The notes below the pieces were generated by a model that was not told the origin of the DNA, did not search any database, and was given only the letters and a program-made list of their open reading frames with translations. A stretch of DNA of 64,000 nt from Eledone cirrhosa (Eukaryota), in assembly GCA_964016885.1 (NCBI GenBank), contig OZ024741.1, positions 59,582,001-59,646,000 of the forward strand, read 5' to 3'. The number at the start of each line of letters is the position of its first letter. The first letter of the stretch is position 1. Positions 14,697-27,708 of this stretch are shown piece by piece. The position numbers and the translations under genes were made by a program.

Positions 14697-14883
14697 AATT
14701 GTTTCTACTATTGGCACAAGGCCAGAAAATTACCCAGTACGTTACTGGTACTTTATTTTATCGACCCCGTAAGGATGAAAGGCAAAGTTAACCTCGGAGG
14801 GATTTGAACTCAGAATGGCGTCATTTGAACTCAGAAATGCGTCAAAGCATGGCGTCCGACCCTCTACCGATACTGCCAATTCA
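14697..14883 (-). mobile_element. tRNA-derived SINE (Nin/Deu-like domain) with a duplicated B-box segment
   Basis: Minus strand A-box TGGCAGTATCGG, B-box GAGTTCAAAT twice, central GCCTTTCATCCTTACGGGGTCGATAAAATAAAGTACCAG, (ATT)n tail. Confidence 0.8.
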
Positions 14884-15069
14884 AATAATAATAACATTAA
14901 GAAAGATGCTGATGTTATATAAATCGTTTATTCATAATAAGTATTTCCCACATGCAATCATGATGTAATTCATGCATTTATTGTTGTTATGAGAACGGTA
15001 TCTTCGGATGCAATTCGATTTTGTGATATGCCGCCGGCTGAAAAACATATCCTTCTGCTCGTGCATCCG

Positions 15070-15664
<595 letters not shown>

Positions 15665-15794
15665 TGGTAAAAGTCTGCAAGCTTATATCCGTAGGAAGTA
15701 GAGCATTCAGTCCATTGGATAAGTTCGGTATAGAGTTAATTCCACAACAAATTACCGGGTCCTCGATTATGGTTTGCTAATATGTTGTAGAACT

Positions 15795-15881
<87 letters not shown>

Positions 15882-15974
15882 ACTATATATATATATATAT
15901 ATATGCTTCATTTTTCAGTTTTACTGAACATTATCTTGCATGCTTATGTCATTGGTTATAGTGAAGGCACCTTG

Positions 15975-16265
15975 CTGGTTGCGGTGTTAGGCTTACAATA
16001 ATAAGGATGTAAGTCTGATTCCCGGTGGCCTGCGGTGACCTTGAGCAAGTCACTTTATTTCATGTTGCGCCGGTCTGATGAACATGAGATATACCTGTAA
16101 TTTAGAGGGAAATGGTTGTCACACATTGTGTAACGCTGAATCTCCCTGAGAACTACGTTAAGCGTACATATGTAACCTTGACATAGATCCGAGGGACCTG
16201 CACTTTAATTGATCGTGTAAGTTCTTCCTTAGTTTAGACAAATGTAACGTTGGAACGCTCGTCTT
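15975..16265 (+). mobile_element. Degenerate tRNA-derived CORE-like SINE; related copy at about 25890-26190
   Basis: GACCTTGAGCAAGTCACTTTA core-like stretch. Both copies share TCACACATTG..GAGAA.TACGTTAA..GGAACGCTC. Confidence 0.55.
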
Positions 16266-16708
16266 CAGAACCGGAATTAAGTCCAACAGGTCCAACAACT
16301 AAATTGTGATCTGAATATCTATTTTACCATAAAGAGAATATTGTTATATGAAGACGGATTTTACCACAGACAGAATAAAAGGTAATGGTAAAGGGCCAAT
16401 AATTACTGATGGCAACACGTGAGCATGATACATGTCGTGCTTGTTCAGTTTAAACCTGACAGAGTCAATCCATTCCAGGTCGAAAGAGAGCTGAGTCTTC
16501 CAGCGAAAGAGAAGAAATGAAAGGAAAATAAAATAAAATATAGAAGAGTGAATTTAATAAATTTGAGATAGATGAAGAGGAAATCCGAGAACCAATTTGG
16601 TACTTTACTTTTTGATCTCAAAATGATGAAAGAAATGAAAGCCTCAGCAATTTAGAACAGAGTGCTCGGTGGGCCTAATGATTTTGCCAATCCACAAGCT
16701 AATAGACA

Positions 16709-16895
16709 TAATTTTTCTACTTTGGCACAAGGCCAGCAATTACCCAGTACATTACTGCTACTTTATTTTATCGACCCCGTAAGGAGGAAAGGCAATGTTA
16801 ACCTCGGCGGGATTTGAACTCAGACTGTAAAGGGACGTAACTATGCTAGAAAGCATGGCGTCCAACCCTCTACCGATACTGCCAATTCACCGCCC
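16709..16895 (-). mobile_element. tRNA-derived SINE (Nin/Deu-like domain), full length
   Basis: Minus strand GGCGGTGAATTGGCAGTATCGG (A box), GAGTTCAAATCC (B box), conserved central domain, CCTTGTGCCAAAGTAGAAA 3' end. Confidence 0.85.
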
Positions 16896-17392
16896 TCTAA
16901 CTCCTTCAACCTAATAGACATAATATTGTGATTTTAGTGTGTATTGTACAATAAATATATTATTCTGATGTAAAAACTCATTTTGCCATAGACATATATA
17001 AAAGACTTCACGTGTAACCTCAAACATATGTCATTTAATAGCAAGGATAAAGAGTGGATGGGGTTAGTAAAGTTTACCTTATAGATGTAAGTCAAGTGAA
17101 AAGATGATCGTATTATAAGGTTGAGATATGGAATGATTTCCAAGAAAATATGATTGGAGGAAGGACAAAGACTAACTTTATATCAATGAATCAAACCACA
17201 TCGAGAGAGAGCAAGAACGAGATTTCACGCTTCAGAAAGTCTGCAGCAAACTGGAAATGGTTTATCGACATGTATTAACGCAGAAACATATACGTATGTG
17301 TGTGTGTGCGGATGTATGCATGTACACATGTCTCTTTTAGTATGTGTGAATGCATGTCTATATGTACATGAGTACATAAATCGGTATATATG

Positions 17393-17453
<61 letters not shown>

Positions 17454-17561
17454 GCGCACACACACACACACGTACACACATATATATATGTAAAAGCAGA
17501 CATCCATACATACATAAGTAAGTACGCACATCACACATGCATACGTACACATACACACACA

Positions 17562-17627
<66 letters not shown>

Positions 17628-17937
17628 CATATCCACACATATACGCATCCATACATATACCCACAACTACACACACACATATACATACATATATTCATGC
17701 ATACATGAATAGATAATAAATCTAGCTAGATACCAGTTAGATAGGAACTAATACAGATCTAATATGGTTACTTGGCTAGGTCATAACCGCCATTTATTTC
17801 ACACAGAATATTTATTTATTTTTGCGTGTATTTTACTTGTTATTTATTTACATATATTTCTAATAATAAATAACAAATCTCCAACGGAAGTTGAACAATT
17901 CCTGTACGAATACAAGGATAATTTAGAATCGCCTGCT

Positions 17938-18029
<92 letters not shown>

Positions 18030-18069
18030 TATAGTAATAATAATAATAAAAATAATAATAATAATAAAG

Positions 18070-21000
18070 TTTTCTTTTATTAACCAAAAGGGTTTACATA
18101 AAGTAGACATTAAGGACAGTACAGGACAATACAGGACGGTACAAAGGGGCATTTCTGCGTGTAAAAAAAAACAGAGGATGTAATAAAAAAATAACAATGA
18201 AAATTCCCCCAATAGGGGGGAGACTTCCGAGGGACATTTGTGGAGAAAGCCCATTAAAAGGCCACAGTGACCCTGATCACCAGGGCAAGAGCCTTCTCCC
18301 AGTTTTCCACCTTTAATTTACAGACACATACTCAGAGTAGGCCCATTCACTCGGGCCATTCTTGCCTCTCTCACCCATCTTTCAACAAAATGCTGGGAAG
18401 AGAGCACTCCCCTCTCTACCCTGATTTTCCTTTTCAAATGAAATTTGAAAAAGTTAATCAGGGCATCACCGAAGAGGTAAGTGCTCGTCTTCAGCCCTTT
18501 CAAACGTGTCCACCATACTATCTCTTTCGCCATGGCCACCAGACAGATAAAAACTGCCTGCCCTTCCCGGCTAAAGGAGGCGGGCGGGGCAATCCTCACG
18601 ATGGACCCAGCTGATAGCTGGATCCGTCCTACACGTGACAGCAGGTGTTCGACATAAACCCACAAGTCAGCAATTTTCGGACACTGGACGAGTGCGTGCA
18701 GGACGGTTTCGTCGCCCTGCGCGCATCTCGGACATGCCCGGCTGACGGCACCTCCATGCCTGTAGAGTTTATCCCGAACTGGCAAAGGTCCTCGGAAGCA
18801 CTGCCAGGCCAGGGATTTCTGGAAGTTGTCCATAGGCCCCGGCCCGAAAGTCCTTCCGAAGAGATTGGCTAGTTGATTTTCGTCGACACCTAGAGTTTCT
18901 CCAAGTACGTCGTCGCTCTTCCCCTCCACTAATCCTCTACAGAACGCCAAGGTGGAGATTCCACCGATCACATTACCCGATTGGTCGAGGGCTGTGAGCG
19001 CCTGAAGAGATTCCAGTCTCCAAGCGCTCCCTTTCGGTCTTCGCTTGACCCAGGACTGCGGCTCCGTCAAGGAAACGAGCTGGGGAAAGTCGCGTCTAGC
19101 AAACGGCGACCACACGTGATCACCGTCGAGGAAGAGGTGGAGATGTCGTAGCCTGAGCGCGTGTCTGCGCATCATCAGCCTCGGCATGCCCAGCCCTCCA
19201 CGTAGCGGGTGTTGACAGCAGATGGACCGCCTCACCATCGGAGCGCGTCCCTTCCACAAAAAGCGAAAGAGCAAACGCTCCAGCGCTGTCAGGCGGGGCT
19301 TAGGACAAGGTACGACGGTCAGGCGGTAGTAGATGACGGACGCGATGTACGCGTTAGCCACCTCCGCTCGACCTTTCAGGGATAGCTTCCTCTCCGGCCA
19401 TTTCACCCTGCTCTTCACCTCGTCCCAGTTTTTGTCCGTCTGGAGGTCCAGACCGAAACTGACCCCTAGCAATTTAACCGGTCCGTCAGTCCAGCGCGAA
19501 GACGACGCTGTTGGACGGCATGGACCTGCCTCTCCAGGTGCCGAGCTACAGGCCCACTGACTTTTCCTGGTTGATCATTGCTCCTGTCACCGCTTCGTAT
19601 TCTCTTAGTGTAGTGCAGATCGCCTCGATGTGTTTGGCGTTCGACACCACTACGGTGACACCGTCCGCATATGCTGACACGGATCTTCCGCATCCTAGTT
19701 CGCTCGGGACACCCCTCACCGCCTGCAGTTTGTGCAGTAATGGCTCGAGAGTCAATACGTACAAGAGAGACGAGAGGGGACGTCCTTGGCGGACCGAGCG
19801 CATCATGTTGAACGGTTCCGAAAGGTGACCGTTCACTCTCACCACAGAGCAGATGTCGCTGTGCATGGCAGCGATCCAGCCTCTGAAGACCGGCCCAAAG
19901 CCAGCCGCCCTCAGGACTGCCGCTAGGTAACGATGGTCGACCCTATCGAAAGCTTTCGACTGATCTAAATTGATCAAGGACCCACTCGTGCCAGGTTCCC
20001 TAGCTACCCTCTCTACGTTGTATCGCATGAAGTGGAAGTTGTCGTGGATTGATTTGAAAGGACCACCAACGACAAGCGCCAACCTCTTTGCTGGCACCTT
20101 GGCTAAAATCTTGAACTCTGTGTTTAGCAGCGTTATGGGCCATAACTATCTAAGTTATCCCCCTGTTCGGCCAATTTCGCCGCAAGTACCTTGGTCGCGA
20201 TGACTTTGCTAAGCGTCTCGTCTAATTTTCTAACTAATTCTCCTTCTGCTCTATTTTTCTCTATTGCTAAAGCCTTACTAAACCTAATGGACTCTATTCT
20301 AATTGCTCTTTTCAAAGCAAACCACCACTTGTTGTTGACGATGGCCCCCGTCAACGCCCGCTTAACTAGTTCGCTAATCCGGTCTCTGTAGGCCTTGCGC
20401 GCTGGTAAGGACGCGTTTAGCTTCCAGTAGCCGGGTCCTCGTCTATGAAGCCTATCTAAGTCAATCACACAGATCACGAATTTGTGGTCCGTGTAGATGA
20501 CTATCTTGAATTGTGGACAGCCTATGCTAGACCTATCTATTTCCCTACAAAATACTCTATCTAGATATGATCTGGATGACCCTATGCGATTTGTCCAAGT
20601 CCACATTGGCACATTCGGGAAATCCAATCGGTACCTGTCAGACTGTTCAAAACTCCTGAGCAGGTTGGTGAGGTTCTTGCACCCTCCTCCACTATCCGCT
20701 AATCCCACACAGTTCCAGCGTGCATCTAAGATCCCGTTCCAGTCGCCCACTAACACTAAAGAGCGGGTCGTTCCAAGAAAGGTCTCCAGACGCCGGAATA
20801 AATCAGGCCGCTCCACTACTGTCGGGGCATAGACGCCCACTAGCCTGAAAGCTTGCCCGTCTCCGCTGGTCACGTCCAGCACCACGAACTTACCTTCTGG
20901 GTTCAGGAAGATGGCCCGTATGGCGAGATCCAAACATCTCCGAAAAAGCACAGCAACTCTTCCCCCCGATCCTAGACGGCTGGGAGATGCGTACACATCG

Positions 21001-23035
21001 TAGCCGCCGAAGATCGGTGTGAAGGCCCGTGTTTCGGAGATTCTGGTCTCGCTGATGGCCACTACATCTATGTTTAGTGACCTGAGGTTGTTGAGCAGGT
21101 GGCCCTGCTTCCATGACGACCCCAAGCCACGCGCATTTATGCAGCCTATTCTGAGTGAGGTCATGTTGAAAAGGAGGGGAAAAGATGGGAAAGACCACTT
21201 ACCTTACTTCTCGTAGAGGAAGGATGGTTTCTCCAACCTTTTCACTGCCTGTGGCCTCCTCGGAAGGATGTCCTTATAAATCCTCCTGGAGAGTGCTTGT
21301 CGGAAGTCTCTGATGTCTTTGGGGAATTTTTGTTTTAGTGTCGTTTACGTTTTCTGTGTGATGCGAGTGATTTGTATGTGTGGAGGTGGTGTGAACTTTT
21401 GGGCTGTTGTGTAGTCTTTTTCTGTGATGCTGGTGTTGTATTGGATGTAGTGTAATAATTGGTTGTTCTTCAAATTTAAAGCTGTGTAGTGTAGTGTGTA
21501 TCGTTTTGGTTGTTTTGTTTGGTTTGCGTTTGTTGTGGGTTTGTTTCTGTTTCGCTTTTTGGTGACTTTTGTGGTGTAGGTGATGGTGGTGTCTGGGTTA
21601 ATGATGGTAATGGTGTTGGTGTTTGTGGTGATGGGGTTGGTGATGCTGGTGTGGATGGTGGCATAGTTGTCCTAACTTTTTTGTTTGATACCTTATTTGT
21701 TTCCATCTGTATTTTGTTTTTGGAGGGGGAAGGAAGAGGATTATTTCTTTTTTAGCTTCTTTTTCTTTTTTTTCTTTTTTCCTGATACCGTTTCCCACTC
21801 CTCGTCGTCACAATCTGTCTCCCGTTGTGCTAGGTCGGGGAGTGGAGAATCCTGCACAGGCGTTGGTTTCGGTTGTGGTGTGGTGGATGGTGTAGGCGCT
21901 GGTGCTTGTTCTGGCGCGTTGGGTGTTGGTGGTGTTTGTTTTGCTACTGTTGCTGGGGTTGTTGCTGTTACAGTTGCTTCTGTTGTTGCTGCCATTTCTG
22001 CTGCAGGTGGTGTTGATGGTTGTGTCACTGGGGTGGGTAAGAGAGGTGGCCTCAACTTTTTAGCCTGAGAGCAGAAATCCCTTAGATGGGTTCCTTCACC
22101 ACAAACGACACACCTAGGCCTTCTGCCCTCGACGATTACGGTAAGGTGGCTGCCGTCAGTGAGGTCTATTACCTCTGGGATGTCCTCAAAGCGTTTTGGG
22201 TCCGCTTCGATCAGGAACTACATCCCAGATCCGGACCAGTACTCCTGCTTTTCTTTCGCTATTTCGATTATCTTGGTGTTGGCTTCGATGCCGGCGAGGA
22301 CGGCAGCCATTAGCCAGGGAATTTCGATGGCCGATGGAACGTGGGTCTCCCTGACCTTCATGAGACTCTGTCCACAATAGCTTGGGACGAGTGTGAAGTC
22401 GTCACTTCTTAATGGGGCCATGGAGTGTTCTCTGACCTCCTGTGGTGTTTCAAAGAACACGTCCACGATTCCATATTTCTGCCCACGTCTGATGTGGGTT
22501 TTTTGCCCACACATGTCCCAAAGCTTTTGGGATTTGTGACTCGGATGCCCGTTCCACTCGCCGCGATTTCATGTTAATCGTCCGATAAGACACGGTGCAT
22601 AGGCGCTGATGCTCCATTTTATTAGGGGGGTGTGTGAGGCTGACCCTGTACCCATCTTTCATTACCATTTTTTGGTTTCTTCTAATTCCTCCTGTGTTAC
22701 CTGGAATGCTTCGCACTTTTTTGCTACTCTGGCAAAAGACAGGGTTTTCTTATTGTCATTGTTGCTGTTGTTGTTATCGTTATTTTTGTTATTGTTAATT
22801 TTAGTTTCAGTTGTGGTGGTGGTGGCGTCAGAGGTGTTTTGTGTGGAAGAGTTCATTTTGGCTGAATTCGTTTCGATGTCATGAGATAATTTATTTTTTT
22901 CTTTTGTTTCTGTTGTCGCTATGGTGGTGCTGGGGGTGGCGACTTCAGCACCAGCAGTCATTGGTAATGGCGGGAAATGAATATCTGCCTGAGACAAATT
23001 TAAAATATTGCTACTGCTTATATTTTTAGTGTTGG
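18070..23035 (-). mobile_element. L1/Tx1-clade LINE, same subfamily as 3891-9527; internal deletion between EN and RT; 5' end replaced by a palindrome
   Basis: APE ORF 21164-20133; RT SAYADGV; C-terminal CPRCAQGDETVLHALVQC; ORF1 fragments; 3' end on (AAT)n. Confidence 0.95.
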
Positions 23036-23252
23036 TTGCTCATTTGTTCAACACTGACAAAGGAACGCTGTACTAGTTTCAAGCTTATTAGCTATCGTCA
23101 GCAACGTATACCTTCCTGCCAGATGATTGAACGTCTGAAAGTATATACTTTCAGACGTTCAATCATCTGGCTGGAAGGTATGTTGTTGACGATAGCTAAT
23201 AAGCTTGAAACTAGTACAGCGTTCCTTTGTCAGTGTTGAACAAATGAGCAAC
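23035..23252. repeat. Near-perfect palindrome, arms about 108 bp, centre GTATATAC at 23141-23148
   Basis: Arms are reverse complements with a few substitutions and one 2-nt indel. Confidence 0.95.
23065..23107 (-). ncRNA. Minimal type I hammerhead ribozyme; mirror copy 23180-23222 (+) has C3U
   Basis: ACGTTG-CTGACGA-T-AGCT-AATA-AGCT-T-GAAAC-TA-GTA-CAGCGT; helix III is the palindrome ACTAGT. Confidence 0.8.
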
Positions 23253-23495
23253 AATGGTTGCTAGACACTATACGGCTTAATTCGGGATGTTTGTTTACAA
23301 ACACACCGAGCATTACAATAAATGTTCGGTGAATCCATACGTACACATATGTGTGTGCATGTGTGTATATATATATATACATACTACTGTACGTCTGTAT
23401 ACATATATGTATGTACGTATACATACTCATATTTAAGTAACAGCCGTACTAAGAGTGAGAAATGAAATTTCGTTTCATTTTTTTCCATTTATATA

Positions 23496-24070
23496 TAGTT
23501 AGTATACCGTTTAACCCAGCAAATTTTGGTCCCTTATAATCTGAACAAAAATGTGTTCTCTCTTTATTGAATTATATAACACGGCCTGGAAAATGTTTTT
23601 CCTTGAGCTAATTTTAATTTTAATGGACCTTAATGAATTTCTAACTCAATATATACTTTGATGTACGGCTCTTTAATTTTAATTTTGTAGAGCTAAATAA
23701 TCGTCCCGTAAACCATGCTGCTATTTTTAACTGGGTTCTGAATGCCACGTGCGTCATTCTAAATGCACGTTTCATTTAGTCTTCTAAGATACCGAGAATT
23801 GAGAGGTTTACTAATCCCTTACATTCACTGACGAGCAGAAGAATTGGTAATACCCTTCAATTAATGCGAAACAGTTTACCAGATACTGCCTGGTGGTTCT
23901 AGATAGTTATCAAAACAGGTTTGTTTTTTCTTAATTTTTTTCTTTTAATTGAGCCTGGCTGATCGTTTTGTTTATAGTTAGTATACCATTCAACCTAGCA
24001 AATTTTTGTCATTTATAATCTGAATACAGATGTGTATATATCTGTGTTCTTCTCTCTTTAATGAATTATA
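23496..24070 (+). repeat. About 480 bp monomer with about 90 bp terminal direct repeat and a degenerate hammerhead (23822-23895)
   Basis: TAGTTAGTATACC at 23496 and 23975; CTGACGA-GCA..TGC-GAAA-CAGT..ACTG-CC-TGGTG. Confidence 0.6.
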
Positions 24071-24110
24071 TATATATGACCCATGCTAGCGTGAAAGATG
24101 GACGTTAAGC

Positions 24111-24141
<31 letters not shown>

Positions 24142-25165
24142 ATATATATATATATATGTTTATAAAGAGATCTGTCTGTGTGCGTGAGCAGCATGTAGTC
24201 TAATGATAGAAATCAATAAAAGATGTATGAAGGTATGTGACTAATTGGATTGTGTATTGGGTTCACAATTGTCATGGCTTACGACATGGAGAGGAAATTT
24301 CCCGGTACAGATCCGTTCTTAATTATGAATGAAGGGCATCTCTTTACATACATACATACATTAATTCATACATCCATACATAGATACATGCATACGTACA
24401 TACGTACATACCATATATACGTATAGGAGTAGTAGGGTCGTTGTACTAACATGAGGCGTTTCTTTCGCGGATTTTAAGGCTCGTAAAGCCTATGTCTTCT
24501 TCAGTCCAGCAGGTTTCTTCAAGAGAAGTATAGAGAGTGAATGAGAAACAGATATAGAGGAAGAATCGATCCCCGTATTAAACTGGTCCTTTTCTATCGA
24601 CATCGAAGTAATGTATGTATATGTATGTGTGTGAGTATTTGTTTGTGTGTGGACGTGGATATGTTTGTGTGTCTGTTTATATATGTTTGGAATGTGCATC
24701 TTGGAGAATTACTTGCTAAGTGTAAACCTTTGGTCAGCCTTTTCTTTATCATTAATTATTTCCCTTCCGACATCATCAATTACTGATAAAACGTTTCTTC
24801 CCACCTCGTTAGATGTTCCTCTTTCTCACAACAAGCCTATCCGTTTTTCTTTTCAGTTGTTTATTCTCTCACATCATTGCCTTTTGTCTTTAGGTGCTAC
24901 TGTTTTCTTTATACGCCATCTTTGCTTGCTTATCACGTGGTGTGCGAATCCATAATGTCTTCTCCTTCAATTCACTAACATAACCGTCACATTAACTCTA
25001 CTTTTGCTCTTTAAACCTGTCAATTATCGCTGTCATTGAATTTATAGCGTGTGTGTGCGTGACTCTGTGTGTGTGTGTGATGTTTGTGTATATGTGTGTA
25101 TGTATGTATATATATATATATACATATATAGTGTATATATGCACATATCCGCCCCATACACATGT

Positions 25166-25211
<46 letters not shown>

Positions 25212-25224
25212 ACACACACACACA

Positions 25225-25274
<50 letters not shown>

Positions 25275-25628
25275 TACAGACAAACACACTCACTGATATA
25301 AATATTTACAAATTAATGTTACTGAAGGTGGAAATGTATTAATTATTTTCCTATCCATCTGAGTATTAAGTGTGGCTGACATAACGACTTTTACTTCCCA
25401 ATATTTGCATTAAAGTCACATGACACGCAAATTTCGCGTTTTTCTCTGTTAACACATTGTCATTCAACTCGATCAACATTTAAAGTCTTTTTTTTTCATC
25501 ATGGGCTTTTTATAGAAATTGATGCGAGATTCTCGTGATTCTTCGCGCAGAATCCTTCTTATATCTGCATCATTTACATACATATATCTTTAATGATGTT
25601 CAGTTAGCTCTCTTACAGGATTCTTTTA

Positions 25629-25684
<56 letters not shown>

Positions 25685-27006
25685 TTATGTATATATGTAT
25701 GTTTGTGTGCTAGTGCTATGTGCAATGACATAAGGAGTTAAGTAAAAATAAAATCAATATATCAGAGAGAATATTTAATATCTAAGATTATAATTATAGC
25801 TTACAACATTTGTTTACTTACAACTTCATGACATACATCACCTTAAAATAGTTTGTAGCGATAGCAGTATACCCGAAAGGATAAGGAGTTCCCTTCACAA
25901 TATTTAGGTCCTATGTTCGATCCCACTACGTAGCATCATGGGCCGGCTTCATTTATCATAGCCGCCGTTTCATCTATGCTCTGTTAGTGAAAGTGAGTAG
26001 ACAGAAACTGATTGGATGCCGGTCGAATGGTCCCTACCTGTATCTCATAGGGTCAGTCTTATCACACATTGCAACACCGAACCTTCCGGAGAATTACGTT
26101 AATCGTACAGTGTCTGTGGAATAGTCAGCCAATTACCGGTAAATTTGAATAGAAGGCTGCAGCGATGTTCGAAAAACTGGAACGCTCATCATGAAAACAG
26201 ATAGATATACAGTTAGTTTCTATAGCTGATATTTTGAAGTTTTTGTTTTACATTACTAGGTGTCAAATACAATAGATAGAATTCTTTTATTCCAAAATAA
26301 TAGCGATGCTTGGAGAAGCTCTATTTGACATTTATTCATTAACTATTCCTCAATTATATAAACACCCCGTGAAATGTTTTTAAATTGGATACACAAACGT
26401 TTGACCTTTATTTGGACAAGTTTGTATATCCTATGAAATTTGGGTTTCCTGGAAGTGTAGTGTGTAAATGGAACAGAATGAATGGTGGCTCTATTATCAA
26501 AATGATGCTTTGGTATTTCATGCATGAAAACCCATATTATTGGAGAAAGAAAACTGAATTGAAAAATCACAAGCATTCTTATTTGCCGGAAGTTTCCCCA
26601 TAGTTCCAATCGTTACATGTAAGTTGTACGAGAAACAGAACAAATGAATGTCAATCTAACCGTTCTACCCACTCCCACTTGAAGAGAGAGAAAAAGAAAG
26701 CGAGAAGGAGAGAGAAGGAGGCGGATAGAAGAAGGATGAAGCTACATGGCTGAAACCTCGAAGGCATTGTCACATTTTTCTGTTTCTTTTCTGAAAATGA
26801 AATTTAAACTCTGGTGAAATGTAATCCTATTAATATTTGAATATTTCAAATACAAAGTTATTTTAAGTACTCAATGTGGGGGAGGAATAACCCACTATTA
26901 TTGTATACTGGTGCTACATTTATCTCCACAGAAACAATTATAGAGATTAAAGATTGAATTTGAATAACAACTTTGCTTTTCCTTTTTTTACATATATATA
27001 CGCTTG

Positions 27007-27112
<106 letters not shown>

Positions 27113-27155
27113 ATATATATATCCGCTTGGCGGCGCGGTCGAGATTTTACATCTC

Positions 27156-27192
<37 letters not shown>

Positions 27193-27449
27193 TTATATAT
27201 ATATATATATATCAAAATAGAAGTCATATATCATAAGAATAGCGGAGAAGATGTTATGACATATTAGGTTAGATGCCTTAAAAAGTCAAGGCGTGCTCAT
27301 TGCATATGTTCCAAGAAGGCTTTTGATGTATTTTTTCTATCCGAAGTCTTAAAGACCCTCCGAAGCCTTAAAGACTAAATTTTTCGTTTATTCTTTCCAT
27401 GGAATTATCAACTGTACCTAGCAGATGAAACAGCGTGTAAGGAATAAAT

Positions 27450-27474
27450 GTTGTTCTTAAAGTCTTGTTTTCTC

Positions 27475-27564
<90 letters not shown>

Positions 27565-27590
27565 GAGAAAACAAGACTTTAAGAACAACA
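27450..27590. repeat. About 30 bp inverted repeats enclosing a (TA)n tract
   Basis: TGTTGTTCTTAAAGTCTTGTTTTCTCCAC-(TA)n-GTGGAGAAAACAAGACTTTAAGAACAACA. Confidence 0.9.
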
Positions 27591-27592
27591 TG

Positions 27593-27623
<31 letters not shown>

Positions 27624-27708
27624 ATACATATATATATACGGATAAGTCTGGTAGGATGTCAATAAATAGCATGCCGAACTATATCAAGGCTATGCAACCC
27701 CACATCAC

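Noticed and set aside
16709-16895. tRNA gene
   Set aside because: A and B boxes only, no cloverleaf; multi-copy SINE head.
26385-26603. Short unique-looking ORFs (also 47742-48020 and 54930-55136)
   Set aside because: No recognisable motif or supported exon structure. Small host exons cannot be excluded without RNA data.
26735-26763. GATGA-AGCT-ACAT-GGCT-GAAAC and other partial HHR cores (24500, 30020, 31645)
   Set aside because: Missing core bases or helices; too degenerate to call.
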